A stretch of 64,000 bases of DNA from a virus: IMG/VR virus record IMGVR_UViG_3300022602_004810, positions 23,068 through 87,067 of that record; one strand, written 5' to 3'. The notes beneath the pieces were generated by a model, which saw only the letters and a list, made by a program, of their open reading frames with translations, searched no databases and was not told where the DNA came from. Numbering within the stretch: the first letter of the stretch is position 1; the number at the start of each line of letters is the position of its first letter. Both the position numbers and the translations under genes were made by a program. Positions 37,850 through 47,026 of this stretch are shown here, piece by piece.

Positions 37850-39307
37850 TTAGCGCCACTCCACTTTTTCTACCACAAACGGGTAATTTGCTTCTGTATA
37901 AAATTTCTTACGAGTTGTTATATGCCGTTTGGCAAACTTACAATTTGATGTTACGTCCCAGATCTGTACGAAGTCTTTGTCTTCCGCTTTACGAATGCCA
38001 CGCCCGATACTTTGGATGACCCTGACAAACGATTTGCCAGGCTCGATAAGCACAAGATTAAAAATACGAGGAATGTTAATACCAACAGCCGCAACGCCAT
38101 AAGTGGCAATAGCAACCACGTCATCATTCGAAGCAAATTCATCATAACTTTCTTTGCGATCATCTGCTTTGGTTCCTCCGGATACAAACACTGCTCCTGG
38201 GATCTTTTCTAATAGGGCTTTACCCGGAGCAATGCGATCAATTAAGATTAAGGTATTACCTGATTTACGTATGTTGTCAATTAAACTAGCAATGTAGTCT
38301 AGTCTAGCATCTGTTTCTAACAGATATCTTAGCTCACTTTGGTAGTCTTTGTATTCTACATGATCTATTAGCTGTAAGATATTTACATGACAATTGGCCA
38401 AGACACCTTGGTCTTGAAGTTCACTGGCACTTAGTTTACCAACTACAGGTCCTAGACTACACAGTAGACTAACCTGCTCATATGCTTCTTTTGGTATAGT
38501 TCCTGTTAGTCCCCAACGTATCGGCACTTGGCTCATTACACCTGTTAACAAGGTCTTTAGCGCATCTGCTTTAGCCATGTGTACTTCGTCAACCATAACA
38601 CATACAACATCTTCTAAGAATTCCATGATAGTGATGTCTGCTTCGCCACCTTTGGTATTCTTTAATAGAATGTTAAGACTTTGCCACGTACAGATAGTAT
38701 GTGTACGACCAAACTCTTTGCGATCACCAAAGTACACACCCACATCTAAGCCCAAATTGATGTAGTCTGCTTCTGTTTGTGTTACTAATGATTTGTTTGG
38801 AACAATAACAATAGTTCTGCCATACTGTTCACAGCAATAACTAAGACCTGCTGTCATCAGAGTCTTACCAGCACCTGTGGCAATCTCTTGGATACACTGT
38901 GGGTTTTCTAGGAACTTGTTGATAATTTCAATTTGATAGTCACGCAGGACCACAGGCTGTCCTGCCATTGGGTGTTTCTCTGGCCAAGTCTTATGAGCAA
39001 ACGTCGCTTCACTGACCTGAGAAAACTCAAACTGTGTGCGATAATCTCTAACATCCTCTAATTCAAGATTATATCCTTGTTTTTCTAAGTAAGGAATAAT
39101 CTCTGGTAGTAGATTAATATAAGTGCTACCACCCATTTGAAAGTATGCTACCTTGCCATCCCAACGGCCTAGGCGAACAGCAGGCAAGTAGCGAGCACCT
39201 GGGATTTCATATTTGAACTTATTACTAAGTTCTTTTCGTTCACGTAGATCAAGTCCTTCTATCTTTACGTTAACTTCATCTTTAATCAGTAATCTAGCTG
39301 TTGCCAT
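37850..39307 (-). CDS. uvsW: SF2 DNA helicase, UvsW-like
   Basis: LRDYQ, ATGAGKT, DEVH, GLTGT and QSIGRGIR. Confidence 0.88.
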   Translation of the reverse strand: MATARLLIKDEVNVKIEGLDLRERKELSNKFKYEIPGARYLPAVRLGRWDGKVAYFQMGGSTYINLLPEIIPYLEKQGYNLELEDVRDYRTQFEFSQVSEATFAHKTWPEKHPMAGQPVVLRDYQIEIINKFLENPQCIQEIATGAGKTLMTAGLSYCCEQYGRTIVIVPNKSLVTQTEADYINLGLDVGVYFGDRKEFGRTHTICTWQSLNILLKNTKGGEADITIMEFLEDVVCVMVDEVHMAKADALKTLLTGVMSQVPIRWGLTGTIPKEAYEQVSLLCSLGPVVGKLSASELQDQGVLANCHVNILQLIDHVEYKDYQSELRYLLETDARLDYIASLIDNIRKSGNTLILIDRIAPGKALLEKIPGAVFVSGGTKADDRKESYDEFASNDDVVAIATYGVAAVGINIPRIFNLVLIEPGKSFVRVIQSIGRGIRKAEDKDFVQIWDVTSNCKFAKRHITTRKKFYTEANYPFVVEKVEWR

Positions 39308-40440
39308 TAATTTTCTCTTATTATTGTCGCTGTCCAATAGACAATCTTTTCAGCGCGGTTCAACCAATCTAGTTTACGTCCACCAAACATCATGTTGTGT
39401 GTGCTGACTAGTAGTGGCACAGGAAATTCCCAATTCTGCGGAAGTTTCTTAGCATATACTACTTTAACATTATATGGATCATAATCGCTAGTGTTAGTCT
39501 TGCCGTTTTGATCAAAGCGTACTATATCAGACTCACTGAACCGTGATAGATCTAAGTCATAGGTCAAGCCTGGATCATATATACAAATAGGATAACGATT
39601 AGTTAATTCGGCGTAGTCTAGCAACCAATCCCACAGATTAGGTTCTGTGGGTGACAAGTGGGCAACATGCCTGGTACCCAAATATTCTAAAGACTGTCCA
39701 TAATCATTACTAGCTTCATGTAGTATGTCAGCATCTACACTATATCCTAAGATGCCTGCGTGATCAATTAGTTTAACAATGTCATTATTGCCAATGTGTT
39801 CGGCTATATATTCTTTAAGGCTGTCTGCGGCATTAGTTACTTCATAGCCTAGATCGGTTTTGACCAATTTGATTTCATATGGTTGACTTTCACATACTAA
39901 TATCTGCTCAAACAGGTCAATGATTTTGGAATCAATGTTAAATTCTCTACTATCGCCCCACGTGACAATAAAGTTAACATTATATTCACTGACGCCCAAA
40001 ACCCAAACTTTAGTTTCGTTATCCCATTGACTACGTCCTTGCCCTGTTTCTTTAAGCTGACGCATTTCCTCAATCCAAGTTTGATTATAAGGGAACTTAA
40101 CTAGAATATTATCGCCTTCCAACCAAATGCGCCGTTCACGATCAATTTTACGTAGAGGTTTACGCCACTGTGGTGTTTCAACTGGGCTAACGTCTATGTC
40201 AAATTTGGCAAATTGACGTTTATATTTCAGTGCTAGTTTTATAGCCAACTCACCTTGACGGTCAGTAAGTGCTTCGACACCCCACAAGGTAGTATTGGCC
40301 ATGCTTTCTACAATTTGAACATCGTATCGAGCCAAGCTGAACTTATACTTGCTGTTATTAAACAGTATGTTATTAGAATTAGCCGGATCGTAGCCAGCCA
40401 GTAGTTCTATATAGTCTTCGACGTATTGAAATTGTAACAT
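39307..40440 (-). CDS. Hypothetical protein with possible HARP-like segment
   Basis: VKFPYN..I...R....R.QWDNETKVW. Confidence 0.6.
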   Translation of the reverse strand: MLQFQYVEDYIELLAGYDPANSNNILFNNSKYKFSLARYDVQIVESMANTTLWGVEALTDRQGELAIKLALKYKRQFAKFDIDVSPVETPQWRKPLRKIDRERRIWLEGDNILVKFPYNQTWIEEMRQLKETGQGRSQWDNETKVWVLGVSEYNVNFIVTWGDSREFNIDSKIIDLFEQILVCESQPYEIKLVKTDLGYEVTNAADSLKEYIAEHIGNNDIVKLIDHAGILGYSVDADILHEASNDYGQSLEYLGTRHVAHLSPTEPNLWDWLLDYAELTNRYPICIYDPGLTYDLDLSRFSESDIVRFDQNGKTNTSDYDPYNVKVVYAKKLPQNWEFPVPLLVSTHNMMFGGRKLDWLNRAEKIVYWTATIIREN

Positions 40441-40446
40441 ATAATT

Positions 40447-40475
40447 AGTATATGATATTTAATCCTGAATAGCAA
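40447..40475 (-). promoter_or_regulatory. Sigma70-type promoter
   Basis: TTGCTA-N17-TATACT, ending 6 nt before ATG 40440. Confidence 0.55.
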
Positions 40476-40477
40476 GA

Positions 40478-40510
40478 GAAAAAGAAGCCCAAATGTTTCC
40501 ACTTGGGCTT
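40478..40510 (-). terminator. Rho-independent terminator
   Basis: AAGCCCAA/TTGGGCTT stem followed by a U-rich tract on the minus strand. Confidence 0.75.
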
Positions 40511-40558
40511 TAAGGCTATCACACTAGGAGCTAGACAATAGAAAGTGTGATAGAATGA

Positions 40559-40759
40559 CTATTTAAGTTGATCTTTTTGATCTAACAGTTGATTAATTTC
40601 TTCAATACCTTCATCGAACTTGGTACTGCGTTCGTTTATTGCAGATTCAATGTCACCCAATGATTTCTTTAGTGCCCTTAAGGCTAGTAAAGCAATAGCA
40701 ATTACCGGTACAATGCCTATGACCATAACTGCGGCCATTACAATTAGTGTTTCTGTCAT
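40559..40759 (-). CDS. Small membrane-anchored coiled-coil protein
   Basis: N-terminal hydrophobic helix. Confidence 0.65.
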   Translation of the reverse strand: MTETLIVMAAVMVIGIVPVIAIALLALRALKKSLGDIESAINERSTKFDEGIEEINQLLDQKDQLK

Positions 40760-42378
40760 TAGTCTAATCCTTCAATACGACCTTGCTTGTCAATACCAAT
40801 ACGTTCAGCGTTTGGTGTTTCTGGTAGGCCTGGCATGGTCATGATGTTGCCACATACTGCTACAATAAATTCAGCACCTGTACATAATCTTAATTCACGC
40901 ACTGTTAGCACATGACGTTCTGTTGCGGCTAGTTTGTTAGCAGGATCATCACTGAAACTACTCTGTGTTTTAGCAATACAAATTGGATAATGTCCGTGGT
41001 CTTTCTGTAGTTCTTCTAAGCGACGTGCTACTTTAGCATCCATTTGTACTTCATAGGCATTGTAAATTCTCGTGGCTACAGCATTAAGTTTCCAGTACAA
41101 TGTTTCATTATCTTCGTAGGTAAATTCCATAGTTTTATTGCTTTCATCTATGGCCATAACAACTTCGTGTGCTAGTTCTTGTGCGCCAATGCCACCGTCT
41201 GCCCAAGAGTGATTTACCACTGCTTCAATTTTGAATGTGTCCCAGACGTGCTGTTGTAAATCTTTGATATCTTGTTCTGTGTCGCCTTTAAACTTGTTAA
41301 TAGCAACTACACAAGGCAAGTTGTACCATGTTGTAATGTTGGCAATATGCTTGTCTAGGTTATCGTAGTTACCCCAATGTTTAATTGCTCTGACCGTAGC
41401 AACTAATACCACTACGTCAGGCTTTAATCCACTCTTACGACACTTAATGTTAATAAATTTCTCAGCACCTAGGTCAGCACCAAAGCCTGCTTCTGTTACT
41501 ACATAGTCAGCTAGTTTCATGCCTAGCTTAGTAGCTATAACACTGTTACAGCCATGTGCTATGTTAGCAAAGGGACCGCCGTGTATCAGCGCAGGAGTAC
41601 CTTCTAGGGTCTGTACTAGGTTAGGTTTAACAGCATCTTTTAGTAATGCGGCCATAGCACCATGTGCCTTTAATTGTTTAGCTGTAATAGGCTTACCGTC
41701 TCTAGTATAGCCCACAGTAATCTTACCTAGACGTTTCTTAAGGTCTTTAAAGTCATCAGCTAGACATAGAATGGCCATTACTTCACTTGCTACTACAATG
41801 TCAAATCCTGTCTGACGGGTAACACTATTATGTGCGCCCAGACCTACACAAACGTCGCGTAACGCACGATCGTTCATGTCACTAACTCTACGCCATGTGA
41901 TGTTATTAGTGTCTAAATTGAGCTTGTTACCCCAGTGTAGATGGTTGTCAATTAAACTAGCTAATAAGTTATGTGCCGAAGCAACTGCGTGGAAGTCACC
42001 TGTGAAGTGTAGGTTAATATCTTCCATGGGATATACCTGAGCATACCCGCCCCCAGTGGCGCCACCTTTCATACCAAATACAGGACCTAATGCGGGTTCA
42101 CGTAGGCATACAATGGCATTGTAGTCTAGTTTACGTAGGCCGTCTGCGAGTCCAATGGTTGTTGTGGTCTTACCTTCACCTGAGGGCGTTGGGGTTATGG
42201 CTGTTACTAAGATTAGTTTACTATCACGTTTTGGACGGTCAGCAAGTTGGTCAATATTAATTTTAGCTTTGTTTCGACCGTATAGGTCAATCTGATCGTC
42301 GAATAAGTTGATAGTACCAGCAACGACGCTGATAGGTAATACTTCCGCCGACTGATTTATTTTGATGTCTGATTTCAT
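40759..42378 (-). CDS. fhs: Formate-tetrahydrofolate ligase
   Basis: [53 protein letters not shown] and TMPGLP. Confidence 0.96.
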   Translation of the reverse strand: MKSDIKINQSAEVLPISVVAGTINLFDDQIDLYGRNKAKINIDQLADRPKRDSKLILVTAITPTPSGEGKTTTTIGLADGLRKLDYNAIVCLREPALGPVFGMKGGATGGGYAQVYPMEDINLHFTGDFHAVASAHNLLASLIDNHLHWGNKLNLDTNNITWRRVSDMNDRALRDVCVGLGAHNSVTRQTGFDIVVASEVMAILCLADDFKDLKKRLGKITVGYTRDGKPITAKQLKAHGAMAALLKDAVKPNLVQTLEGTPALIHGGPFANIAHGCNSVIATKLGMKLADYVVTEAGFGADLGAEKFINIKCRKSGLKPDVVVLVATVRAIKHWGNYDNLDKHIANITTWYNLPCVVAINKFKGDTEQDIKDLQQHVWDTFKIEAVVNHSWADGGIGAQELAHEVVMAIDESNKTMEFTYEDNETLYWKLNAVATRIYNAYEVQMDAKVARRLEELQKDHGHYPICIAKTQSSFSDDPANKLAATERHVLTVRELRLCTGAEFIVAVCGNIMTMPGLPETPNAERIGIDKQGRIEGLD

Positions 42379-42566
42379 TTGTATTCTTTACGTAGTTGCC
42401 ACCAGATAAAGTCCTCATCTGACAGCACAGCTTTATATTCAACTAACTCGTTTTCTGACTCTTTGTAGCATTTCCAATAATATGTTAACCAAATGTATTC
42501 TCGCCGATCTTTTCTGGAACTTTTAACAGGCCACCAAGCAAATCGTTTTGTATTTTGCCATTCCAT
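42375..42566 (-). CDS. Small hypothetical protein
   Basis: [12 protein letters not shown] motif; TAAATA upstream. Confidence 0.65.
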   Translation of the reverse strand: MEWQNTKRFAWWPVKSSRKDRREYIWLTYYWKCYKESENELVEYKAVLSDEDFIWWQLRKEYK

Positions 42567-42588
42567 ATACAGTTATTTACTGATGGAC

Positions 42589-42864
42589 TTATGGGGTAGT
42601 GTAGAACACATAATATTTGCCAAGACGCAAGTGCCATTCTTTACGGGCAACTACTTGTTCAATTAACCCCACAGGAACAGCATCGCCCTCAACATGACTT
42701 GGATTCCATACGGAATTAATTGAGCTGTCTACGACCACAAAACCAAACTGAAAAATATTAAAACGGATTTTTTCAGCATCGTCAGGTCCTGAGAATATCT
42801 TAAAGACAATTTTGTTCCCTATTACCACTGCTAATATGATTTCTAAAAATGTTAATAATGACAT
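42589..42864 (-). CDS. Hypothetical membrane-associated protein
   Basis: N-terminal hydrophobic segment. Confidence 0.55.
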   Translation of the reverse strand: MSLLTFLEIILAVVIGNKIVFKIFSGPDDAEKIRFNIFQFGFVVVDSSINSVWNPSHVEGDAVPVGLIEQVVARKEWHLRLGKYYVFYTTP

Positions 42865-42880
42865 TATATGCCCCTTTTAG

Positions 42881-43030
42881 TTATTTACAGATTGCGGCAA
42901 TGTCGGTAGAATTTTTACCTGCTTGTAATGCGGCAATACGGCATTCGGTCTTGTTGTGTTCTTCTAAGGCTAACTCCGCATACATACCTAATATTGTTAC
43001 TATCACAACAATTGATAACGATTTCTCCAT
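42881..43030 (-). CDS. 49-aa membrane-anchored protein (not in ORF track)
   Basis: MEKSLSIVVIVTILGMYA...CRIAALQAGK..DIAAICK. Confidence 0.6.
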   Translation of the reverse strand: MEKSLSIVVIVTILGMYAELALEEHNKTECRIAALQAGKNSTDIAAICK

Positions 43031-43031
43031 G

Positions 43032-43151
43032 TTACTCTCCATCTATTAATGGAACTGTTTGCCACTCTGACCAAACTTTTTTAATCAGAGTTCGATACTG
43101 TAGGGTTTTAGCACCACTCTGCCAAACCCAACGAAGTTCAATATTTTCCAT
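43032..43151 (-). CDS. 39-aa hypothetical protein (not in ORF track)
   Basis: MENIELRW..TLQYR..WSEWQTVP; TAATG coupling. Confidence 0.6.
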   Translation of the reverse strand: MENIELRWVWQSGAKTLQYRTLIKKVWSEWQTVPLIDGE

Positions 43152-43312
43152 TATTTCTTCTCTGGAAATACATCACGTGCGATGTCTGCCAGCATCCACC
43201 CAAAAGCCAGCATGCCTAATAGACGTTGAGCTGTTGGATTCCAAATGCCTACTACACCCACGACAACGATGCCTGCTGCAATGAATAAAATTTGTTTTGT
43301 AAGTTGTGACAT
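43151..43312 (-). CDS. 53-aa two-helix membrane protein (not in ORF track)
   Basis: SD AAGGAG; two hydrophobic segments. Confidence 0.6.
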   Translation of the reverse strand: MSQLTKQILFIAAGIVVVGVVGIWNPTAQRLLGMLAFGWMLADIARDVFPEKK

Positions 43313-43322
43313 ATATTACTCC

Positions 43323-43454
43323 TTAATCTCGACCGCTTGCTAAAAAGAACACAGTGAATAGAAACCACCATGCACTCCAACCTTGCCATCCTACTAGCCA
43401 AGCGGTGCCACCTAGTAGAATTAAATTATAAATCATTGCTAATAGTAATTTCAT
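43323..43454 (-). CDS. 43-aa membrane protein (not in ORF track)
   Basis: YNLILLGGTAWLV...GWSAWWF; ATGA overlap. Confidence 0.6.
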   Translation of the reverse strand: MKLLLAMIYNLILLGGTAWLVGWQGWSAWWFLFTVFFLASGRD

Positions 43455-43705
43455 TGTATGCCTTCGGTGCTTAAAGTAGCCCACATAAAATCTTTTTCTT
43501 CCTGTATAACTCTACGCCATTGACGGTATTGATGTACAGCACACACAGCATTAATAGTGCCAAAGAATGTGCTTAATGCCATACCCCACCATTCGTGTTT
43601 GGACCAATGACCCCAAGCAAATACTAATTGTAGCACAACAATCAAGACATTCGCAATAGTAAAGAATAAAAATAATCTACTCCACTTCTGATAAAATGCG
43701 CCCAT
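43451..43705 (-). CDS. Two-TM membrane protein
   Basis: Hydrophobic helices. Confidence 0.6.
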   Translation of the reverse strand: MGAFYQKWSRLFLFFTIANVLIVVLQLVFAWGHWSKHEWWGMALSTFFGTINAVCAVHQYRQWRRVIQEEKDFMWATLSTEGIQ

Positions 43706-43706
43706 G

Positions 43707-43973
43707 CTATGCTCCAAACTTTAATATTGCCATGGTTAATAATTGCTCTGCTGTTTCACGATTATTATACTTCCACTTAGTACCATATCGTAGGCCACGA
43801 TTACCACCAGGGTCAAAGTGCTTGCGCATATCTTCTAAGGTGTAGTTAGTCATGCCACTTAGTCTATGAGCATTAATACTAATTTCATAGTGCTTACGAC
43901 CTGTAGTAGGGCTCGTAATGCTGTTTAAATTAAACCAGCGACCTTCTAGTACTCTACGCTTGCGATGTCTCAT
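43707..43973 (-). CDS. Small protein, LRW-tail family-like
   Basis: Ends AEQLLTMAILKFGA. Confidence 0.65.
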   Translation of the reverse strand: MRHRKRRVLEGRWFNLNSITSPTTGRKHYEISINAHRLSGMTNYTLEDMRKHFDPGGNRGLRYGTKWKYNNRETAEQLLTMAILKFGA

Positions 43974-44212
43974 TACGGCCACCTTAACACTAACATTGTA
44001 TAGTTTTTTTCAGCAAGGTCTTGATCTGTAAATCTATACTGAAATCTTACTTTTTTAATAAACAAATTCCTGTCAGGGTCTAACATATCTCGAATTTCTT
44101 CCAATTGATCATGAAGATTTACAGATTTATATGTTATTCTGTAATAGGTTTTATTCTTTTGAACTTCTTGCGCAAGCGTAAAATTTCTACTGCTAGCTAA
44201 TAGTGTTTTCAT
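43973..44212 (-). CDS. Small protein, LRW-tail family-like
   Basis: Ends AEKNYTMLVLRWP; similar to its neighbour. Confidence 0.65.
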   Translation of the reverse strand: MKTLLASSRNFTLAQEVQKNKTYYRITYKSVNLHDQLEEIRDMLDPDRNLFIKKVRFQYRFTDQDLAEKNYTMLVLRWP

Positions 44213-44435
44213 TTCGAGCAATCGCTTCTTTGGCTTGATCTAGGTTAATTTCCAACTCACGATCTAGACTGTTGTAACCTAATAGGTACAAGGTCCAAAT
44301 TAAGCCAACCCCCCATAGATTACCCCAATCATAGTGTCCATTTTCCCAACCGAGAAGTATTTGAGAAAATACCAGTAAGTAAAAGATTACATTCCATTGG
44401 TTTACATATTTGAAATACTGTTTAATTGCGTTCAT
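44193..44435 (-). CDS. Small membrane protein
   Basis: Two hydrophobic segments. Confidence 0.6.
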   Translation of the reverse strand: MNAIKQYFKYVNQWNVIFYLLVFSQILLGWENGHYDWGNLWGVGLIWTLYLLGYNSLDRELEINLDQAKEAIARNENTIS

Positions 44436-44439
44436 TTGT

Positions 44440-44616
44440 CTACTCCTTAGGTCGTGCTACAAAATAGTTGCCGCGTCGTTCAATGCGTTGCTGTGTTAAT
44501 TGTTCATTAAGATGTTCTAAGTCGTTATTCAACTTTTTGTTAAGTTGGTAGATTAGCAACCCTGGGGCTGCTAATGCTACTGCTAACAATACAACTAAGC
44601 CAATTAAGATAATCAT
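44440..44616 (-). CDS. Small membrane-anchored protein
   Basis: SD AGGAG; N-terminal TM plus coiled coil. Confidence 0.6.
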   Translation of the reverse strand: MIILIGLVVLLAVALAAPGLLIYQLNKKLNNDLEHLNEQLTQQRIERRGNYFVARPKE

Positions 44617-44627
44617 TTGCCTACTCC

Positions 44628-44810
44628 TTATTCGGTAATTAATGTGCATGCTTCAAGCACATATTCTTCAGTTTCTGGATACGGTGGGTTTACCTTAGCC
44701 GTTGCCAACGCTGTTTTAGCCAGAGCAAGACTAGCATAATAACCCACGATACGGTGATGCCCGTAACCTGTCCAGTCTAATCCTTTTACAATATAAACTT
44801 TAGTTGTCAT
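44628..44810 (-). CDS. Small hypothetical protein
   Basis: KVYIV..IVGYYAS...A pattern; SD AGGAG. Confidence 0.65.
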   Translation of the reverse strand: MTTKVYIVKGLDWTGYGHHRIVGYYASLALAKTALATAKVNPPYPETEEYVLEACTLITE

Positions 44811-44843
44811 ACTGCCTGCTCCTTTCTTTAGTTTATGTTAGTA

Positions 44844-45863
44844 TTAACTACCTGACTTCATACAAGTTGTCTTAGCCATAGCTTCCCAGTTATTAGGAAA
44901 GCTCTTATACAACTGGCCTATTTTGATGGCCATTCTGAGCGACAGTTCGCGAAGTTTGTTCTTGTTAGCATCCATAAAATCAATAATAATCTCTTGTCCG
45001 ATGCTGCCAATACCCAAGTCCTCAAACAGTGCTCCATCTTTAGCAATCTGTTTAATGCGTAAGATCTTATCGCGTTGTGTGTCTAAAGTTAAATCTAGAT
45101 AGTGACAACGACTTTGTAGTGCTTCTAAGTGATCTTTAAGTTTTGAGCTTTTAACTTGATCAAACTTCAAATTTGTTAGGAAAATTACAGCACCCTTAAA
45201 GTTAAAACTATTAGGAATATCTTCGTTCTTTAAGATACGACTTTCAAGTAACCAGTTAATCTTACGATTTTTGCCGCTGTCTAGAGCACCTTTAAGCAAG
45301 TTCAACGACACTTCGTCAAACAAAATACTGTCTACGTCATCTAGAACTAACACAGAACCCTCGTCACTGTATTCGTATAATTTCTTATACAAGCCAATAG
45401 CACTCGCACTACCTTTAACTACTTCGTGTTTAGGTTTAACATTAGCAACCTGCTGAAATAAGTTTGCTCGTTCAATTTGATGTTCTACAGTAAAGCTCTT
45501 ACCAACACCAGGCGGCCCTGAAACTATCAGTGCCCTAATATCCCCATTTAGTGCAGCCTTAGTCATTGTATCTAGCATTTCAAATCGCATTGCGATATCT
45601 GCTATTCTTTCCTCATCGCTCTGCTCATTATGCTCGTTTTGTGTAGCCACTTCACCTGTGTATTCTGTTGCGTCTACCAGTTCATACTCTGTAGGACTAG
45701 CAATAGTAACACGTATTTTATCTTTACCAAAACGACCAGTGCCGTCTACTGTGATAAAACCACCTTTACTGCCTAATTGAAATTGTTTTACTAGAGGAAA
45801 TACTTCGTTAGTAATTGTTTGATTACGATAACTACCATTTTTAATTTTTACAAAACCAGTCAT
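44844..45863 (-). CDS. AAA-family P-loop ATPase
   Basis: Walker A GPPGVGKS, Walker B VLVLDDVD, FLTN and ALQSRC. Confidence 0.85.
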   Translation of the reverse strand: MTGFVKIKNGSYRNQTITNEVFPLVKQFQLGSKGGFITVDGTGRFGKDKIRVTIASPTEYELVDATEYTGEVATQNEHNEQSDEERIADIAMRFEMLDTMTKAALNGDIRALIVSGPPGVGKSFTVEHQIERANLFQQVANVKPKHEVVKGSASAIGLYKKLYEYSDEGSVLVLDDVDSILFDEVSLNLLKGALDSGKNRKINWLLESRILKNEDIPNSFNFKGAVIFLTNLKFDQVKSSKLKDHLEALQSRCHYLDLTLDTQRDKILRIKQIAKDGALFEDLGIGSIGQEIIIDFMDANKNKLRELSLRMAIKIGQLYKSFPNNWEAMAKTTCMKSGS

Positions 45864-45893
45864 TGTCTAATGCTCCTTTGTTATTGTTTCGTA

Positions 45894-45922
45894 ATTATAG
45901 CACCTCTGCCTGTGCTTGTCAA
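45894..45922 (-). promoter_or_regulatory. Consensus sigma70 early promoter
   Basis: TTGACA-N17-TATAAT. Confidence 0.9.
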
Positions 45923-45929
45923 CCTCTTT

Positions 45930-46136
45930 TTAAATAAAATCGTAAGCGTATTCGCCAGTGTCGCCAATTGCGTTCATCTCCACGGCGCCTACTTTTTCAA
46001 TTAAAACGTGTAGAACTGCTGTGGCTTCTTGCTCTGTAATAGTGCGAACAAACAAGGTGCCTGAGAAGAATTCTGTTTTAACTCTGATGCTGTTTAATGT
46101 AATTAAAACATACTGTTTTACGCAAGTTTCAAACAT
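45930..46136 (-). CDS. Small early protein
   Basis: Follows its own promoter; ends EYAYDFI. Confidence 0.7.
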   Translation of the reverse strand: MFETCVKQYVLITLNSIRVKTEFFSGTLFVRTITEQEATAVLHVLIEKVGAVEMNAIGDTGEYAYDFI

Positions 46137-46170
46137 ATTATTCTTCCCGTGTTGTTAGTGTATGTGTAGC

Positions 46171-46199
46171 ATTATACACTCATTTTGATAAAATGTCAA
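46171..46199 (-). promoter_or_regulatory. Consensus sigma70 early promoter
   Basis: TTGACA-N17-TATAAT. Confidence 0.9.
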
Positions 46200-46501
46200 T
46201 GACTAAATGGGTTAGTTGATCCATAACACCACCAAGCATCAACTTGGTATTTCTCTGCTAATTTATCGCAAGCAGCTACTACACCCATGTCATGGTACAA
46301 ACAAACTACGTTTGTGTAATGTGCTTGTGCTTGGATAGGATCAGCAAAAGCATCTCGCATTGTGTCATGAAGTTTTGCTAATTCTGCTAATAGATTCAGA
46401 TCTTTTCTACGTTCTGAGATCTTAGCAAATTCTGTAGGATCTTCTATTAGCCTGCTTAGTGCTTTAGATTCTTTATTAGTTTGTGGTGCCCAGAAACTCA
46501 T
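46196..46501 (-). CDS. Small early protein
   Basis: SD AAGGAG; own promoter. Confidence 0.7.
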   Translation of the reverse strand: MSFWAPQTNKESKALSRLIEDPTEFAKISERRKDLNLLAELAKLHDTMRDAFADPIQAQAHYTNVVCLYHDMGVVAACDKLAEKYQVDAWWCYGSTNPFSH

Positions 46502-46526
46502 AATTGCTCCTTAACTGTTAAACGCT

Positions 46527-46555
46527 AGTATACTGTCATTTAACCAAAATGTCAA
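46527..46555 (-). promoter_or_regulatory. Sigma70 early promoter
   Basis: TTGACA-N17-TATACT. Confidence 0.85.
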
Positions 46556-46763
46556 CCTCTTTAAATGGACTTTCTTTCATAGGAACTTTGACAAACTTGC
46601 GGCCACGCTTGTCTAGTTTTTGTTTTGTAGTGTAGTAGATAGGAGCACCTTCGCCCCATTTTTGATATCCTACAGCTCGTTCACCCTTCATTAGGTATGT
46701 GTGGTTTGGCTGGCGATAGTCTACCTCCCAAACCGTTACTTCTCGAATAACTTCTAGGGCCAT
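46536..46763 (-). CDS. Small early protein
   Basis: EVT.W..PNHTYL and DKRGRKF motifs. Confidence 0.7.
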   Translation of the reverse strand: MALEVIREVTVWEVDYRQPNHTYLMKGERAVGYQKWGEGAPIYYTTKQKLDKRGRKFVKVPMKESPFKEVDILVK

Positions 46764-46764
46764 G

Positions 46765-46965
46765 TTAGTTCCTAATTAGATTTAAGATTGATTGTTGGAG
46801 TTCTGCTACTTCATCATTAGGTACATAGAAGTCTGTAGTTGGATCCCAATATTCGCCGGCCTTGGCATCGTAGTATAGGACACGACCGTTTGGATAATGA
46901 AATGGGCCTTCTAAGCCTTTGCGACTACCGTATTCTTTACCGTGTTGGAAAACTGCATAGCCCAT
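46765..46965 (-). CDS. Small conserved early protein
   Basis: SD AAGGAG before ATG 46965; RKGLEGPF..NGRVLYYD.K.GEYWDP. Confidence 0.72.
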   Translation of the reverse strand: MGYAVFQHGKEYGSRKGLEGPFHYPNGRVLYYDAKAGEYWDPTTDFYVPNDEVAELQQSILNLIRN

Positions 46966-46997
46966 AACTTGCACTCCTTATTAACTAAACAAGTGCC

Positions 46998-47026
46998 ATT
47001 ATAGACTATTTTGAGCTAGTTGTCAA
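46998..47026 (-). promoter_or_regulatory. Consensus sigma70 early promoter
   Basis: TTGACA-N17-TATAAT. Confidence 0.9.

Noticed and set aside
37241-39307. Read-through fusion of UvsW and the methyltransferase
   Set aside because: The junction is in frame with a 0-nt gap but the stop is TAA, which a CUA tRNA does not read. It shows such junctions also arise without TAG.
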